The notes under the pieces were generated by a model. It worked only from the letters and a program-made list of their open reading frames with translations, ran no database searches and was not told the DNA's origin. Source: Candidatus Kaiserbacteria bacterium (lineage in GTDB: Bacteria; Patescibacteriota; Minisyncoccia; Phycocordibacterales; UBA2100). From it: DNA of 64,000 nucleotides. The stretch covers positions 118,434 through 182,433 of the forward strand of contig CP066682.1 in assembly GCA_016432285.1 (NCBI GenBank), given 5' to 3'. Below, piece by piece: positions 8,464-17,917 of the stretch. The translations under genes were made by a program, and so were the position numbers. How positions within the stretch are numbered: position 1 is the first letter of the stretch; each line of letters opens with the position of its first letter.

Positions 8464-9423
8464 TTAATAACCGACCTCGGCAAAAAGGACGCCGCGATGC
8501 GCGAGCGTCGCTTCTCCCGGCCGGATGCCGCTCGATCCGCCGCCGATCAAGGATGCGTACGAAGAAGTGTGATGCGGTGAGCGGAAGGGCGGCCGGTACA
8601 CCGGGCCGCCGAGGAGACCGAGGAGAATACCCGCGAGCGAGTGGATGGTGGTTACTTCGATCATCTCCTCTTCGCCAAGGTCGGGGAGTACGGATGCGGT
8701 GGCGCGTGCGAGGAGCGTTTTCCCGGTGCCCGGAGGGCCCCACAGCGCGATGTTGTGTCCGCCCGCGGCGGCGATGATGAGCGCGCGCTTCGCGCTCTCT
8801 TGGCCGCGGATTTCGTCGAGGGCCGTGTCTTCGGGCTCGGCGCGCTTTATTTTCTGCACAGCAGAGCGTGGCTTCCCTCTGCCTCCGAGTTGCGCGAGCG
8901 CGTCTTCGAGTGAAGCAACCGGATGCACGCGCAGCCCCGAGATCAGCGATGCTTCCGCAGCATTTTCTTCCGGCATGAAAAGATCGGTGAATCCGCGATC
9001 GCGCGCTTCGCTCGCGATCGAGAGCGTGCCGAGAATCGGGCGGATCGTACCGTCGAGGGCGAGCTCTCCCGCAAATACTTTGCCCGCAGGGTCAAATGCT
9101 GCCTGTTCCGATGCGAGGAGGAATGAGAGCGCGAGCGGGAGATCGAATGCTGCGCCCTCCTTTTTGAGCGCGGCGGGCGCGAGCGAAAGAACGATCTTCT
9201 TGTTGCTCTTTTTGGGCGACTCGAGGTCGTTGGTATTTTTGATTGCGGCTGCGAGACGATCCTTCGCCTCTTCCACCGACTTGTCGGGGAGTCCGACGAT
9301 GGCAAACGCGTGGAGGCCTTTCACGATGTCGCACTCCACGCTCACGATGGTCGCTTTTGGCAGCGCGGGCTGTGCGCCAAAGACGCGCGCGAAGCCCGAT
9401 TTTATTTTTTGTGCGCCGGCCAC
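8464..9423 (-). pseudogene. comM: comM/yifB (Mg-chelatase-like AAA+ competence protein), truncated at Walker B
   Basis: 319 aa with the Lon-like/ChlI N-terminal domain and Walker A (GPPGTGKT). The ORF ends ...HRGVLFAEVGY*, exactly where intact ComM has GVLFLDELPEF. The C-terminal third (about 190 aa) is missing, and high-GC sequence gives way to the low-GC island here. Confidence 0.7.
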
Positions 9424-9450
9424 GCGGCCAATTGTACCGCGTTATTTTCT

Positions 9451-9816
9451 CTAGACGTGCGTGATGCAGGTCTTGGCTGCGGGGTTCGCCTCAAGGCGGT
9501 CGACCGGAATCGGCTCGCCGCACTTCTCGCAGATTCCGTAGGTGCCGTCGTCCATCTTTTTCAAAGCCGCCTCGATCTCCTTGCGGCGGGTTTCAAGTTC
9601 CTCAACGAGCGGGACATTGGTGACGAGCTCCTCAATCTTGTCGGCAGCGTCGGTCGGATCCGCCTCCTCGCCCCGCAGCTCCCCGCTTCCGCCCTGCCAG
9701 TCGCCGTTGTTGGATTGACCGTGCTCGGCGAGCTCCTCGTCGAGCGAATCGCGCTCGGCTTCAAGATTTGCGCGCAAATCTTGCAGCTCGTCTTCCGACA
9801 GATGTGTTTTTTTCAT
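9451..9816 (-). CDS. DksA/TraR-family C4 zinc-finger protein
   Basis: 121 aa. The C-terminal CEKCGEPIPVDRLEANPAAKTCITHV is the DksA/TraR zinc-finger signature, preceded by a coiled-coil-like acidic region. Confidence 0.7.
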   Translation of the reverse strand: MKKTHLSEDELQDLRANLEAERDSLDEELAEHGQSNNGDWQGGSGELRGEEADPTDAADKIEELVTNVPLVEELETRRKEIEAALKKMDDGTYGICEKCGEPIPVDRLEANPAAKTCITHV

Positions 9817-9853
9817 TGGATAACTATACGTGCTCCCTTTCTTTCGTGCAATT

Positions 9854-11557
9854 CTAGAGCCTGCGGACGGCGCGCAGCCTGCTTAAAATTTCGGTGAAGG
9901 AGTACGGGCTCTCTCCGATGATCAGGATTCCCTGCGTCGGAAATGAATAGTAGAGCTCGATCGTGCCGCCGTCGTCCTTGAGGGCGCGGACGTCGTAGTT
10001 GCGCATCACGACGTCGCTAAAGGTGCGCTTTTGCGGCAGTCCACCCGCACCGAGCACCTGTTCTGGAACGGGCGTGAATGCGGGCGAAAGATCGGCGTTG
10101 AGCGTTTGCTCCCATGCGAGCATGCCCGCAAAGGCACGCTCGTAGGAGAGCACCGGTATCACAAGGAGCGGCGCATTTTCGTCGACCGTGTGAATGCCGA
10201 AGAAGAAATCGCTGGAGAGCGCGCGCACTAAGTCTGCGGGCGCGCGCGTGCCGAGCGCCCCGAGAAATTCTTCGAGCGTGGCAGCGCGCTCGTAGGGAAC
10301 GCCTTCCTCATCGGTCGCTGTCTTGGTGGGGACGATGCGGGTGATCGATCCGAGCGTTGCACTAGAAGCGCCGCGCGCCGAGGCGATGAGGCGCTTCAAA
10401 TCGAGCGCGTTCTGATTATCGAGCGGAAGTGAGACGGTCGTTTCGGAAAAAAGAAGCGAAGGGGCTTCGGTGCTCGGCGCGCCCCCGCGCTGCTGCGAAA
10501 TAATATACACGCCGAAGAACGCTCCGACGCCGAGCACCGTGAGGAGCGCCGCAGCGAAAATAATGTTGGCCGTGCGACGGGACCGGTGCGTCGCCACCTG
10601 CTCCTCGATCTTTTCGGCGCTGCGGCCATATCGCTTCTCTTGCTCGAGCGCCGCCGCGCGAACGAGCGAGATCTTTTTCTCGCGCACGATGACCTGGAGA
10701 TCGTCTTTGAGAGTTCGAAGCGGCGAAACGATCGACGACGAAAGATCCCTTTTCGGCTCGGGGGCGGGTGCGGATGCGGGCGGCACGCTCGCGCCGAGCG
10801 TTGTATCAAAGGTACGGGCCTCCTCAACTTTCTGCGGGGCGATCGACGAGGGTTGCGAGCGATCCGGCAGTTTGACCTCCTCGAGAATCTTCGCGAGCTC
10901 CGGCGGCTTCTGTACGGCGCCGCTTTGCGGCACAAAGACCGACTCGCGCGCTCGCTCGGCTGCGGGAATCACCGCAGGGGCGGGAGCAGGGGGCATCGGC
11001 TCTGCTCTCGCGGGTGCTGCTGCTGGCATTGGTGGCTCTTGCCGCGGCGCGATCGTTGGGGCGGGCTTCGGTGCCGCTGGAGGAGCGGGCCGTACGGGTG
11101 CGGGCGCAAACGGCATTTCCGGCAAAATGCCTGCCGCAAGCGCAGCGCTGTTGAGGCCATGCGGGTGCTGTTCCGCTGGCTTTGGTATCGGTGTTTTTGA
11201 TGGTACCGGATCGAGCGAATCAAGCGCGATCATCGGCGGCTCCTTTTTTTCAGCGGTCGGAATCGGCGCCGGTGGCGCCGATGGTGAAGTTGTCTCCAGG
11301 GGCGTGATCGGTATTTTCGGCGGAATGAAGATGGGAGCCGTTTCTTCCTTTTGCGGAACGGGAGAAGCGGGAGCGGGCGGTGGAGGCGTCGGTGGTTGCG
11401 GAAGTGGGGCTGGTCGCGGAGCTGGCGCCTTCGGCGCGGGCCTGATCACCGTCTCTTCGAGAATCGTTGCTTCGGGCTCCTGCGCCGGAGTAGATTTCGC
11501 AGCCGCAGGACTTTGCGGATTAGATGCGGTGTCGCGGCGGGCCGTTTCGTCTGCCAT
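9854..11557 (-). CDS. proline-rich single-pass membrane protein, hypothetical
   Basis: 567 aa. Long Pro/Ala-rich N-terminal region, one TM segment (IIFAAALLTVLGVGAFFGVYIIS) and a C-terminal domain without a recognisable motif. The start may lie downstream of the first ATG (38-nt overlap with pnp). Confidence 0.4.
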   Translation of the reverse strand: MADETARRDTASNPQSPAAAKSTPAQEPEATILEETVIRPAPKAPAPRPAPLPQPPTPPPPAPASPVPQKEETAPIFIPPKIPITPLETTSPSAPPAPIPTAEKKEPPMIALDSLDPVPSKTPIPKPAEQHPHGLNSAALAAGILPEMPFAPAPVRPAPPAAPKPAPTIAPRQEPPMPAAAPARAEPMPPAPAPAVIPAAERARESVFVPQSGAVQKPPELAKILEEVKLPDRSQPSSIAPQKVEEARTFDTTLGASVPPASAPAPEPKRDLSSSIVSPLRTLKDDLQVIVREKKISLVRAAALEQEKRYGRSAEKIEEQVATHRSRRTANIIFAAALLTVLGVGAFFGVYIISQQRGGAPSTEAPSLLFSETTVSLPLDNQNALDLKRLIASARGASSATLGSITRIVPTKTATDEEGVPYERAATLEEFLGALGTRAPADLVRALSSDFFFGIHTVDENAPLLVIPVLSYERAFAGMLAWEQTLNADLSPAFTPVPEQVLGAGGLPQKRTFSDVVMRNYDVRALKDDGGTIELYYSFPTQGILIIGESPYSFTEILSRLRAVRRL

Positions 11558-13706
11558 GCATATCTCCGCCGCCTTCCGAAGGCTTCACGCCTTTGCGGGC
11601 AGCCCACTCGGGATCCGCGGCTTTGATAGAAAGATTATACCGTCCCTTTTCATCGATTTCTTTGATGACGACGGGGACGACGTCGCCGATCTGCACGGCA
11701 TCGGAGATTTTGCCGATGCGAAACGGCGCAACTTCCGAAACGTGCACGAGTCCGTCGTTGTTGGGGCCGATCTTCACGAAGGCGCCGAAGTCCATGAGGC
11801 GCACGACCGGGCCCTCGAAGCGATCTCCCACCATGTATTCGCGCGTGAGATCTTCGATTTCCTTGAGTGCAGCTTCGGCGGTGCCTTGGCGGCCCGTAAT
11901 GAAGATCGTGCCGTCTTCTTCGATGGTGATCTCGTCGCAGCCGGTGCGGTCTTTGATGCCGTTGATCATCTTGCCGCCGGGGCCGATCACGAGGCCGATC
12001 TGGTCGACCTTCACTTTGGTCGTGAGAATCTTCGGCGCGCGCGGCGAGATGTCGGCGCGCGGCGCGGGAATCGCTTTTTGAATCACTTCAAGAATCTGCA
12101 TGCGGGCTTTCTTGGCCTGAGCGAACGCCTCGGAAAGCACCTTCAGGGGCACGCCGTCGACTTTCACGTCCATTTGCACGCCCGTCACGCCCTCGCTCGT
12201 ACCTGCGACTTTGAAATCCATGTCGCCGTGATGATCCTCCGGGCCCTGGATGTCGGTGAGCACTTTGTAGACGCCCGCCTTGGCGTCGCTCATCATGCCC
12301 ATCGCGATGCCTGCGACGGGCCTACTGATCGGCACGCCGGAATCCATGAGCGCGAGCGTACCCGCGCACACGCTCGCCATCGAGGTGGAGCCATTGGAGG
12401 CGAGACAGTCGGCGACGATGCGAATCGTGTACGGGAAGTTTTCTTTTTGCGGCAGCACCGCGCGCAGCGACTTTTCGGCGAGCGCGCCGTGGCCGATCAT
12501 GCGGCGGTTCATGCCGCCCACGCGGCCGGTTTCGCCCACCGAAAACGGCGGGAAGTTGTAGTGGAGCATGAAGGTCTTCTTCTTGTCCTGGAACTCGATC
12601 GTGTCGATGAGCTGCGCGTCTCCCGGGCCGCCCAAGGTGAGTGCCGCCAAGACGTGCGTTTGGCCGCGGTAAAAAAGGCCGGTGCCGTGAATGACGGGCG
12701 AGATGCCTCCCGCTTGCGCAAAGAGCGGACGGATTTCGTCCATCGCCCTGCCGTCGACGCGCTTGCCTTCCTTGATCGCGAGATCGTGCACGTGCTCGTC
12801 GAGTTTGTGCTCGAAGATGCCGTCGGGGATCTGTGGCTTTGCGTCGGGGAACTTCTCGAGCGCGTGTTTCATCCATTCAGATTTCAGCGTACCGATGTCG
12901 CCCTTGTCCATCTTTCCGTCGAGGGCGAGGAGTTTCGGACGCATCACGCTCTCAAACTCCGCTTCGATCTCGCCGCTCTCCATGGGTGCAGCAAACGTCT
13001 GCTTGGCGACGCCGCGCTCTGCCACGATGCTCTTCTGCCACGCCTGGATCTTTTCGATCTCCTCGCTGGCTCGTGCGAGGCAGTGCTCCACATGCTCTTC
13101 GCTCACTTCGCGCGCGCCGACTTCGATCATGTTGACGAGGCCGTCCTTGCCGGACACGGTGAGATCCATCTTGGCCCGCGGCGGCAGCTCATCGCTGCGC
13201 TGTCCGTAGCTCGGATTGACGATCGGCGTCGGGTCGTCTTCGACGAGCCCCACGCGCACTGCGGAGACGGGGCCGTTCCACGGAATGTCGGAAGTGGCGA
13301 GCGCGAGAGAGGCGGCGTTGACCGCGAGAATGTCGGTGTCGTAGTCCTCGATCGAGAGCACCGTGATGATCACCTGCACGTCGCGCTTCAGCCCCTTCGG
13401 GAAAAGCGGGCGGATCGTGCGGTCGACGATGCGGCCGGAGAGCACTGCCTCGTCGGAGGGTCGGCCTTCGCGGCGCACGAATCGGCTGCCCAAAATGGCG
13501 CCGGCGGCGTAAAACTTTTCCTCGTACTCGACGGAGAGTGGGAAGTAATCGAGATTCGATTCCTTGTTGCTCATGACGACAGTCGCGAGAACCGCACTGT
13601 TGCCGTACCGCAAAAGCACCGAGCCGTTGGCTTGGTCGGCCCAGTCGTTAAACTCCGCGATCATCGTTTTCCCCGCGATTTCGAGGGAATACTCTTTTTT
13701 CTGCAT
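11520..13706 (-). CDS. pnp: polynucleotide phosphorylase
   Basis: 728 aa. Two RNase PH-like domains plus C-terminal KH and S1 (…GDVVPVVIKEIDEKGRYNLSIKAA). Unambiguous family resemblance. Confidence 0.9.
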   Translation of the reverse strand: MQKKEYSLEIAGKTMIAEFNDWADQANGSVLLRYGNSAVLATVVMSNKESNLDYFPLSVEYEEKFYAAGAILGSRFVRREGRPSDEAVLSGRIVDRTIRPLFPKGLKRDVQVIITVLSIEDYDTDILAVNAASLALATSDIPWNGPVSAVRVGLVEDDPTPIVNPSYGQRSDELPPRAKMDLTVSGKDGLVNMIEVGAREVSEEHVEHCLARASEEIEKIQAWQKSIVAERGVAKQTFAAPMESGEIEAEFESVMRPKLLALDGKMDKGDIGTLKSEWMKHALEKFPDAKPQIPDGIFEHKLDEHVHDLAIKEGKRVDGRAMDEIRPLFAQAGGISPVIHGTGLFYRGQTHVLAALTLGGPGDAQLIDTIEFQDKKKTFMLHYNFPPFSVGETGRVGGMNRRMIGHGALAEKSLRAVLPQKENFPYTIRIVADCLASNGSTSMASVCAGTLALMDSGVPISRPVAGIAMGMMSDAKAGVYKVLTDIQGPEDHHGDMDFKVAGTSEGVTGVQMDVKVDGVPLKVLSEAFAQAKKARMQILEVIQKAIPAPRADISPRAPKILTTKVKVDQIGLVIGPGGKMINGIKDRTGCDEITIEEDGTIFITGRQGTAEAALKEIEDLTREYMVGDRFEGPVVRLMDFGAFVKIGPNNDGLVHVSEVAPFRIGKISDAVQIGDVVPVVIKEIDEKGRYNLSIKAADPEWAARKGVKPSEGGGDMHGRRNGPPRHRI

Positions 13707-13902
13707 TGCTCGAAGTGATGTCCGGATTTCAGCAAGCCCATCGCGCGCTCAGGGCTTTCTGCCTATCCCGACACCACGGTTATCTAATATGCGTGGACTA
13801 TATCACAACGGCCTTTTCTCGCTATTTTTTCGCGGCGGCGTGCTTTGCCGATCCGCGCCCGCATGTATAGTGGTGCTACCCCATCCAACGAGGAGACAGA
13901 GT

Positions 13903-14244
13903 ATGCAGATATGGAAACGGGACCCAGCCGGGCGCTGGAAAAAGACGGTACTCAGCTCTTTTGAGTTCACCGGCATCGCGGAGCTGTGGCACCTGCTGCG
14001 CGGACAGCTCGCGATCGATTGTGAGCGGCACTGGATCGTGCTGAACGAGGCGGAAGTCGATTCGCTCGCGCGCATGCGCCGGCGATACACTTCTTCCGAC
14101 GAAGGCGTCAAGGAATTCGTTCGCAACCTGGGACTCGCGCCTCTCCGCTCGCAAGGTCTTCCGCTCCAGCTCGTCGACCATATGGTCGGACTCTCGGCGG
14201 GCCATCTCGCAATCGAGTGTAACGGACCCGACGCGTTCGCGTGA
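13903..14244 (+). CDS. hypothetical protein
   Basis: 113-aa ORF (MQIWKRDPAGRWKK...). A GAGGAGA Shine-Dalgarno lies 7 nt upstream of the ATG at 13903. No homology recognised. Confidence 0.3.
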   Translation: MQIWKRDPAGRWKKTVLSSFEFTGIAELWHLLRGQLAIDCERHWIVLNEAEVDSLARMRRRYTSSDEGVKEFVRNLGLAPLRSQGLPLQLVDHMVGLSAGHLAIECNGPDAFA

Positions 14245-14325
14245 ATGTGGAGGTCGGGAGACGAAAAAGAGCGACGCGAAGCGCCGCTCTTTTCTTACCG
14301 ATGCAAAACCGCGACGTATGCTAGT

Positions 14326-15318
14326 ATGCCGCGCATGAGAGTGCTCATCTTTCCCACCGTCGTCGCCCTTTTCGCCTGCGTCGCAGCGTACCTCTGGGGC
14401 GGACTCAACGCGCTTTTCACCGTCGCCCTCCTTGCCGTGCTCGAAACCACGCTCTCCTTCGACAACGCCGTCGTCAACGCGAAGGTCTTGCAGCGCATGG
14501 AAGCCGTGTGGCAGAAACGCTTTTTGCAGTGGGGCATCCCGGTGGCGGTCTTCGGCACGCGCTTCGTGCTTCCGATTTTCATCGTCTCGTTTGCGGCCGG
14601 CCTCGGGCCGCTCGTCGTTTTGAATCTCGCGATCTTCGACCCGCTGCAATACGGACACCTCTTGGAGGGCGCGCACGTGGCGATCGCATCCTTTGGAGCC
14701 GCCTTCCTCTTTCTCGTCTCTCTCAAGTATTTCTTCAACGACCGCAAGACAGTGCACTGGATCGAGGTGATCGAAAAGTATCTCTCGCGCTGGGGCGGCG
14801 TCGAGGCGATCGAGGTGGCGCTCACGCTCATCGTGCTCCTCGTCTCCGCGCTTATCCTGCCGATGGAGGCCGCGACGATCCTCGTAGCGGGAGTCATCGG
14901 TGTCGTGCTCTTTATCGTGATCGAGGGAGTGGCGCAGGCTTTCGAGATGCAGGCCGGTGCCGACATCGCAAAAAGCTCGATCGCGCTCTTTGTGTACCTC
15001 AACGTGCTCGACGCGGCCTTCTCGCTCGACGGCGTCGTCGGTGCTTTTGCCGTCACGAGTAATCTCTTGATGATCATCGCGGGCCTCGGCATCGGCGCTC
15101 TTTATGTGCGAAGCGCAACGGTGTATCTCGTGCGCGCCAAGACACTCGAATCGCTTCCCTACCTCGAGCATGGTGCGCACTGGGCGATCTTCGGGCTCGC
15201 GATCGCGATGCTCGGCAGCCTCTTCGTGCGCGTGCCAGAGCCCTTCACCGGATTCATCGGACTCGTCTTTATCGTACTCGCGTACATTTCTTCGCGCCGC
15301 GAAATGCGAAAAGCCTAA
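14326..15318 (+). CDS. TerC-family integral membrane protein
   Basis: Multi-pass membrane protein with the LSFDNAVVNA motif typical of TerC/DUF475. The start is taken at MPRMRVLIF (14326); an in-frame upstream ATG is at 14245. Confidence 0.7.
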   Translation: MPRMRVLIFPTVVALFACVAAYLWGGLNALFTVALLAVLETTLSFDNAVVNAKVLQRMEAVWQKRFLQWGIPVAVFGTRFVLPIFIVSFAAGLGPLVVLNLAIFDPLQYGHLLEGAHVAIASFGAAFLFLVSLKYFFNDRKTVHWIEVIEKYLSRWGGVEAIEVALTLIVLLVSALILPMEAATILVAGVIGVVLFIVIEGVAQAFEMQAGADIAKSSIALFVYLNVLDAAFSLDGVVGAFAVTSNLLMIIAGLGIGALYVRSATVYLVRAKTLESLPYLEHGAHWAIFGLAIAMLGSLFVRVPEPFTGFIGLVFIVLAYISSRREMRKA

Positions 15319-15339
15319 GCGGCGTCTTTGACCCGCAGC

Positions 15340-15366
15340 GACCCGCAGGTTAAACCTGCGGGTCGG
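15340..15366. repeat. REP-like palindrome gacccgcaggttaaacctgcgggtc
   Basis: Same cccgcagg-N-cctgcggg core as the REPs flanking the RAYT gene at 62.6-63.4 kb. Intergenic, between convergent genes. Confidence 0.6.
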
Positions 15367-15375
15367 GCACTAAAA

Positions 15376-15412
15376 AACCGCTCCTTCAGTGAAGAAGCGG
15401 TTTCTTTTTTGC
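15376..15412. terminator. bidirectional rho-independent terminator
   Basis: aaaaaaccgctccttcagtgaagaagcggtttctttttt: an 11-bp stem (one mismatch) flanked by an A-run and a T-run, between the convergent TerC-family and NYN genes. Confidence 0.6.
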
Positions 15413-15429
15413 TGCTCGTTTTTTTGTCG

Positions 15430-16044
15430 CTACTCCACGTCAGTCGCGCGTTCGATTTCGCCGAGTTTGTCTTGCGTTTCTGAAGGCAGCGAACCGACGC
15501 CGTTTTCCTTCGGCGGGAAGCGGCGGCCGCGCACCGGCCGGTAGTTGATGAGGTAGCGGCGCGGGTCTTCGTCGAGATCGAGGAACTGGTCGGCCGCGTC
15601 CTTCAGCTTCCCGGAAGTCGATCGGCCGAAGCTGGTTACTTCCACCTGGCAGCCGTGCTCCTTGAGGTAGTGCACGAGCGGCACGAAGTCGCCGTCGCCC
15701 GTAAAGAGGATGACGGTGTCGAGCTTTTGGGAAGCGACGATCGCGTCGACCGCCATACCGACGTCCCAGTCGGCCTTCTTGGCACCGCCGTAGAAGATTT
15801 GGAGGTCCTTGGTCTTCGGCTCAATGCCCATTTTGGTGAGTGCATCGAGGAAGGCGGTCTCCTCGCCGCTTTCGGTGGTGACCATGTAGGCTCGCGCGCG
15901 GATGAGGCGGCGGCCAGCGACGCTGTCTTTCAGCACGTTGCCGAAATTGACGCGCGCGCGGTAGAGATTTTTCGCGGTGTGATAAAGGTTTTGCGTGTCG
16001 ATGAAGACGCCGACGCGCTGTTCGGGGTGTTTGATGATTGCCAT
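15430..16044 (-). CDS. NYN-domain (LabA-like) protein
   Basis: 204 aa; VGVFIDTQNLY...ILFTGDGDFVPLV are NYN/LabA PIN-like motifs. Confidence 0.7.
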   Translation of the reverse strand: MAIIKHPEQRVGVFIDTQNLYHTAKNLYRARVNFGNVLKDSVAGRRLIRARAYMVTTESGEETAFLDALTKMGIEPKTKDLQIFYGGAKKADWDVGMAVDAIVASQKLDTVILFTGDGDFVPLVHYLKEHGCQVEVTSFGRSTSGKLKDAADQFLDLDEDPRRYLINYRPVRGRRFPPKENGVGSLPSETQDKLGEIERATDVE

Positions 16045-16065
16045 ACAAAAATTAAATACTATTTA

Positions 16066-16107
16066 TGAATAAAATCTATTAAAATCGCCCCGTGATTCGT
16101 TCACGGA
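16066..16107 (-). terminator. rpsO terminator
   Basis: Hairpin ccgtgattcgttcacgg followed on the minus strand by a T-rich tract (the A-rich aaaatctattaaaat on plus). Confidence 0.5.
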
Positions 16108-16136
16108 TGCTCTGAAGCGGGAGTGAAGGGGACGAC

Positions 16137-16403
16137 CTATTTCTTGAGCCCGAGTTTCTTCACCAAAGTGCCGTAGGCGCGCTTGTTGGTACCCTCGAGG
16201 TACTTCAAGTGCGTCCGGCGAGCTGCCACGAGCCCCAAGAGGCCCCGGCGCGAGTGCTTATCCTTGCGATTCTTATCCAAATGAGCACTAAGCTCCTCAA
16301 TGCGGCGAGTGAGGACGGCGATCTGCACCTCCGGAGAGCCGGTGTCGGTGTCGTGTCGCTGCGCCTTTTTCACCTCATTTTGCTTCTTACGCTTCGAAAG
16401 CAT
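16137..16403 (-). CDS. rpsO: 30S ribosomal protein S15
   Basis: 88 aa; HDTDTGSPEVQIAVLTRRIEELSAHL...HSRRGLLGLVAARR is the S15 signature. Confidence 0.85.
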   Translation of the reverse strand: MLSKRKKQNEVKKAQRHDTDTGSPEVQIAVLTRRIEELSAHLDKNRKDKHSRRGLLGLVAARRTHLKYLEGTNKRAYGTLVKKLGLKK

Positions 16404-16441
16404 TGCGGAATGATATCACATTCCTCACCCTTTTGCAAGCC

Positions 16442-16957
16442 CTACTCTGTCGCCTCGGAGGTGGTGGTCGCCGGCGGGGCCTCCTCCACTTTGACCAATT
16501 TGATGTTGAAAATCAGGGTCGATTTGCCCGGGATCACGACCGCACTCGCGGGGTCGTTGGGGTCTTGGCGGACCGGGTTGTCCCCGTAGCCGAAGGCCGG
16601 CGGAATGGCGATGAGGCGCTCGCCGCCTTCCTTCATGCCGTTGATGCCGATCTGGAAGCCCGGGATGATGCCTTGCGCGCCGAGCTGGAATCGGAGCGGC
16701 TCGTTGTTATGCGCCTCGGAGCTGTCGAAGACGGTGCCGTCGGAGAGGCGGCCCACGTAGAGGACCGAGACGATCGAGCCCGGCTTCGCCTCCGCCCCGG
16801 TGCCGACGGTGACGTCTTGCGCCTGCACGACGTCGCCCTGCGGCGTCTCACCTGTAGTCTCGCCTCCAGTGTCTGCTGTCATGTAATTGGTATAGATGAA
16901 GTAACCCGCAACTGCAAGAATAATAACGACGACGATCCAGATGATAGCTTTGCGCAT
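16442..16957 (-). CDS. FKBP-type peptidyl-prolyl cis-trans isomerase, membrane-anchored
   Basis: Start taken at MRKAIIWIVVVIILAVAGYF (N-terminal TM anchor). The FKBP core: VSVLYVGRLSDGTVFDSS...GINGMKEGGERLIAIPPAFGYG. Confidence 0.75.
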   Translation of the reverse strand: MRKAIIWIVVVIILAVAGYFIYTNYMTADTGGETTGETPQGDVVQAQDVTVGTGAEAKPGSIVSVLYVGRLSDGTVFDSSEAHNNEPLRFQLGAQGIIPGFQIGINGMKEGGERLIAIPPAFGYGDNPVRQDPNDPASAVVIPGKSTLIFNIKLVKVEEAPPATTTSEATE

Positions 16958-17111
16958 ATTCACTTCAGGATAGCGCGACGGCGCGCGTGCGCAAGCGCAA
17001 AAAGCGCGCCGGTGTGAATTTGGCCGCACGTTGTCCCGCAAGCGCCGCCGTGATTAGATGGCGGAAGTAAATCTGAGGCCACAGACAACCAGGCGCGAAA
17101 GGGAGAACCAC

Positions 17112-17828
17112 ATGAAGATCATCTGCGCGGGCGTAAGCTCCACGATCAAGACCGTGCTCGAAAAGCATGAATTCGGCATCTTTGATTTCACCAGCGTCCA
17201 GACTTTTACGAAGGCGTTTGAGGAGAAGCCGAAATCTCTCGGCTCGATGCCGCTTCTGTGCGGAGTCGGCAACCTCGACCAGCTCGCACACGTGCCAGCA
17301 TGTATGCGCGAGTTCGGATTCCGGAGCGCCACGATCGGCATCGTTGAGTCCAAGATCGGCGGGCTCAGCTTCGAAGACGCCGAGGTCTTTTTGCTCGACT
17401 GCGGGTGGGATCGGGTGCTTCGTGTCCGCGTACCCGTGAGCGAGCAGTTGCTCGCCGAGTCGATCAGGGCCGTGGTGCGCGGGTACGAGCGTAAGGTTTT
17501 CGTCCCCCCACCCGAGAAGCCCGACGAGCGAACGGCACTCGAGTGCTTCGACGGCCGCATCAAGATCGATGTGCTGAAACGCACGGTGGTCGCTGATGGG
17601 CGGCGGTTGGTACTTTCGGCGACGCCGTACAATGTGCTTGTCATCATGGCTCGCCGACCCGATGTGTGCTTCTCGCGTGAGCAGCTCATGACGGCTCTCT
17701 GCACTCGCGAGGTATCGTACGATCGCTGTGTCGATGCGCACATTAAAAAACTGCGGATCGCACTCGGGAAAGAGTGCCGGGAGGCAGTGGAAACCTTGAG
17801 CGGTGTCGGGTACAAGGTGCTGCCGTAG
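17112..17828 (+). CDS. OmpR-family winged-helix regulator with degenerate receiver domain
   Basis: C-terminal trans_reg_C-like region (LSATPYNVLVIMARRPDVCFSREQLMTAL...GVGYKV). The N-terminal region lacks the canonical Asp pocket. Confidence 0.5.
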   Translation: MKIICAGVSSTIKTVLEKHEFGIFDFTSVQTFTKAFEEKPKSLGSMPLLCGVGNLDQLAHVPACMREFGFRSATIGIVESKIGGLSFEDAEVFLLDCGWDRVLRVRVPVSEQLLAESIRAVVRGYERKVFVPPPEKPDERTALECFDGRIKIDVLKRTVVADGRRLVLSATPYNVLVIMARRPDVCFSREQLMTALCTREVSYDRCVDAHIKKLRIALGKECREAVETLSGVGYKVLP

Positions 17829-17917
17829 GCCGCACCGCGATATTGCCAAAGACTCAAGCGCCGCACGGAGTGCGGCGCTTTCTTTTTGGGATCTTCGAGG
17901 AGGTGTAGAGTGATCCG

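Noticed and set aside
9243-9897. 195-aa plus-strand ORF overlapping the DksA-like gene
   Set aside because: Antisense to a gene with a clear zinc-finger signature; Arg/Ala-rich composition.
10470-13718. 1082-aa plus-strand ORF
   Set aside because: Runs antisense through pnp and the Pro-rich gene in high-GC DNA. Low-complexity Ala/Gly/Arg composition typical of spurious GC-rich antisense frames.
13876-15180. 434-aa and 265-aa minus-strand ORFs
   Set aside because: Antisense to the TerC-family gene; Arg/Asp/Glu-rich nonsense composition.
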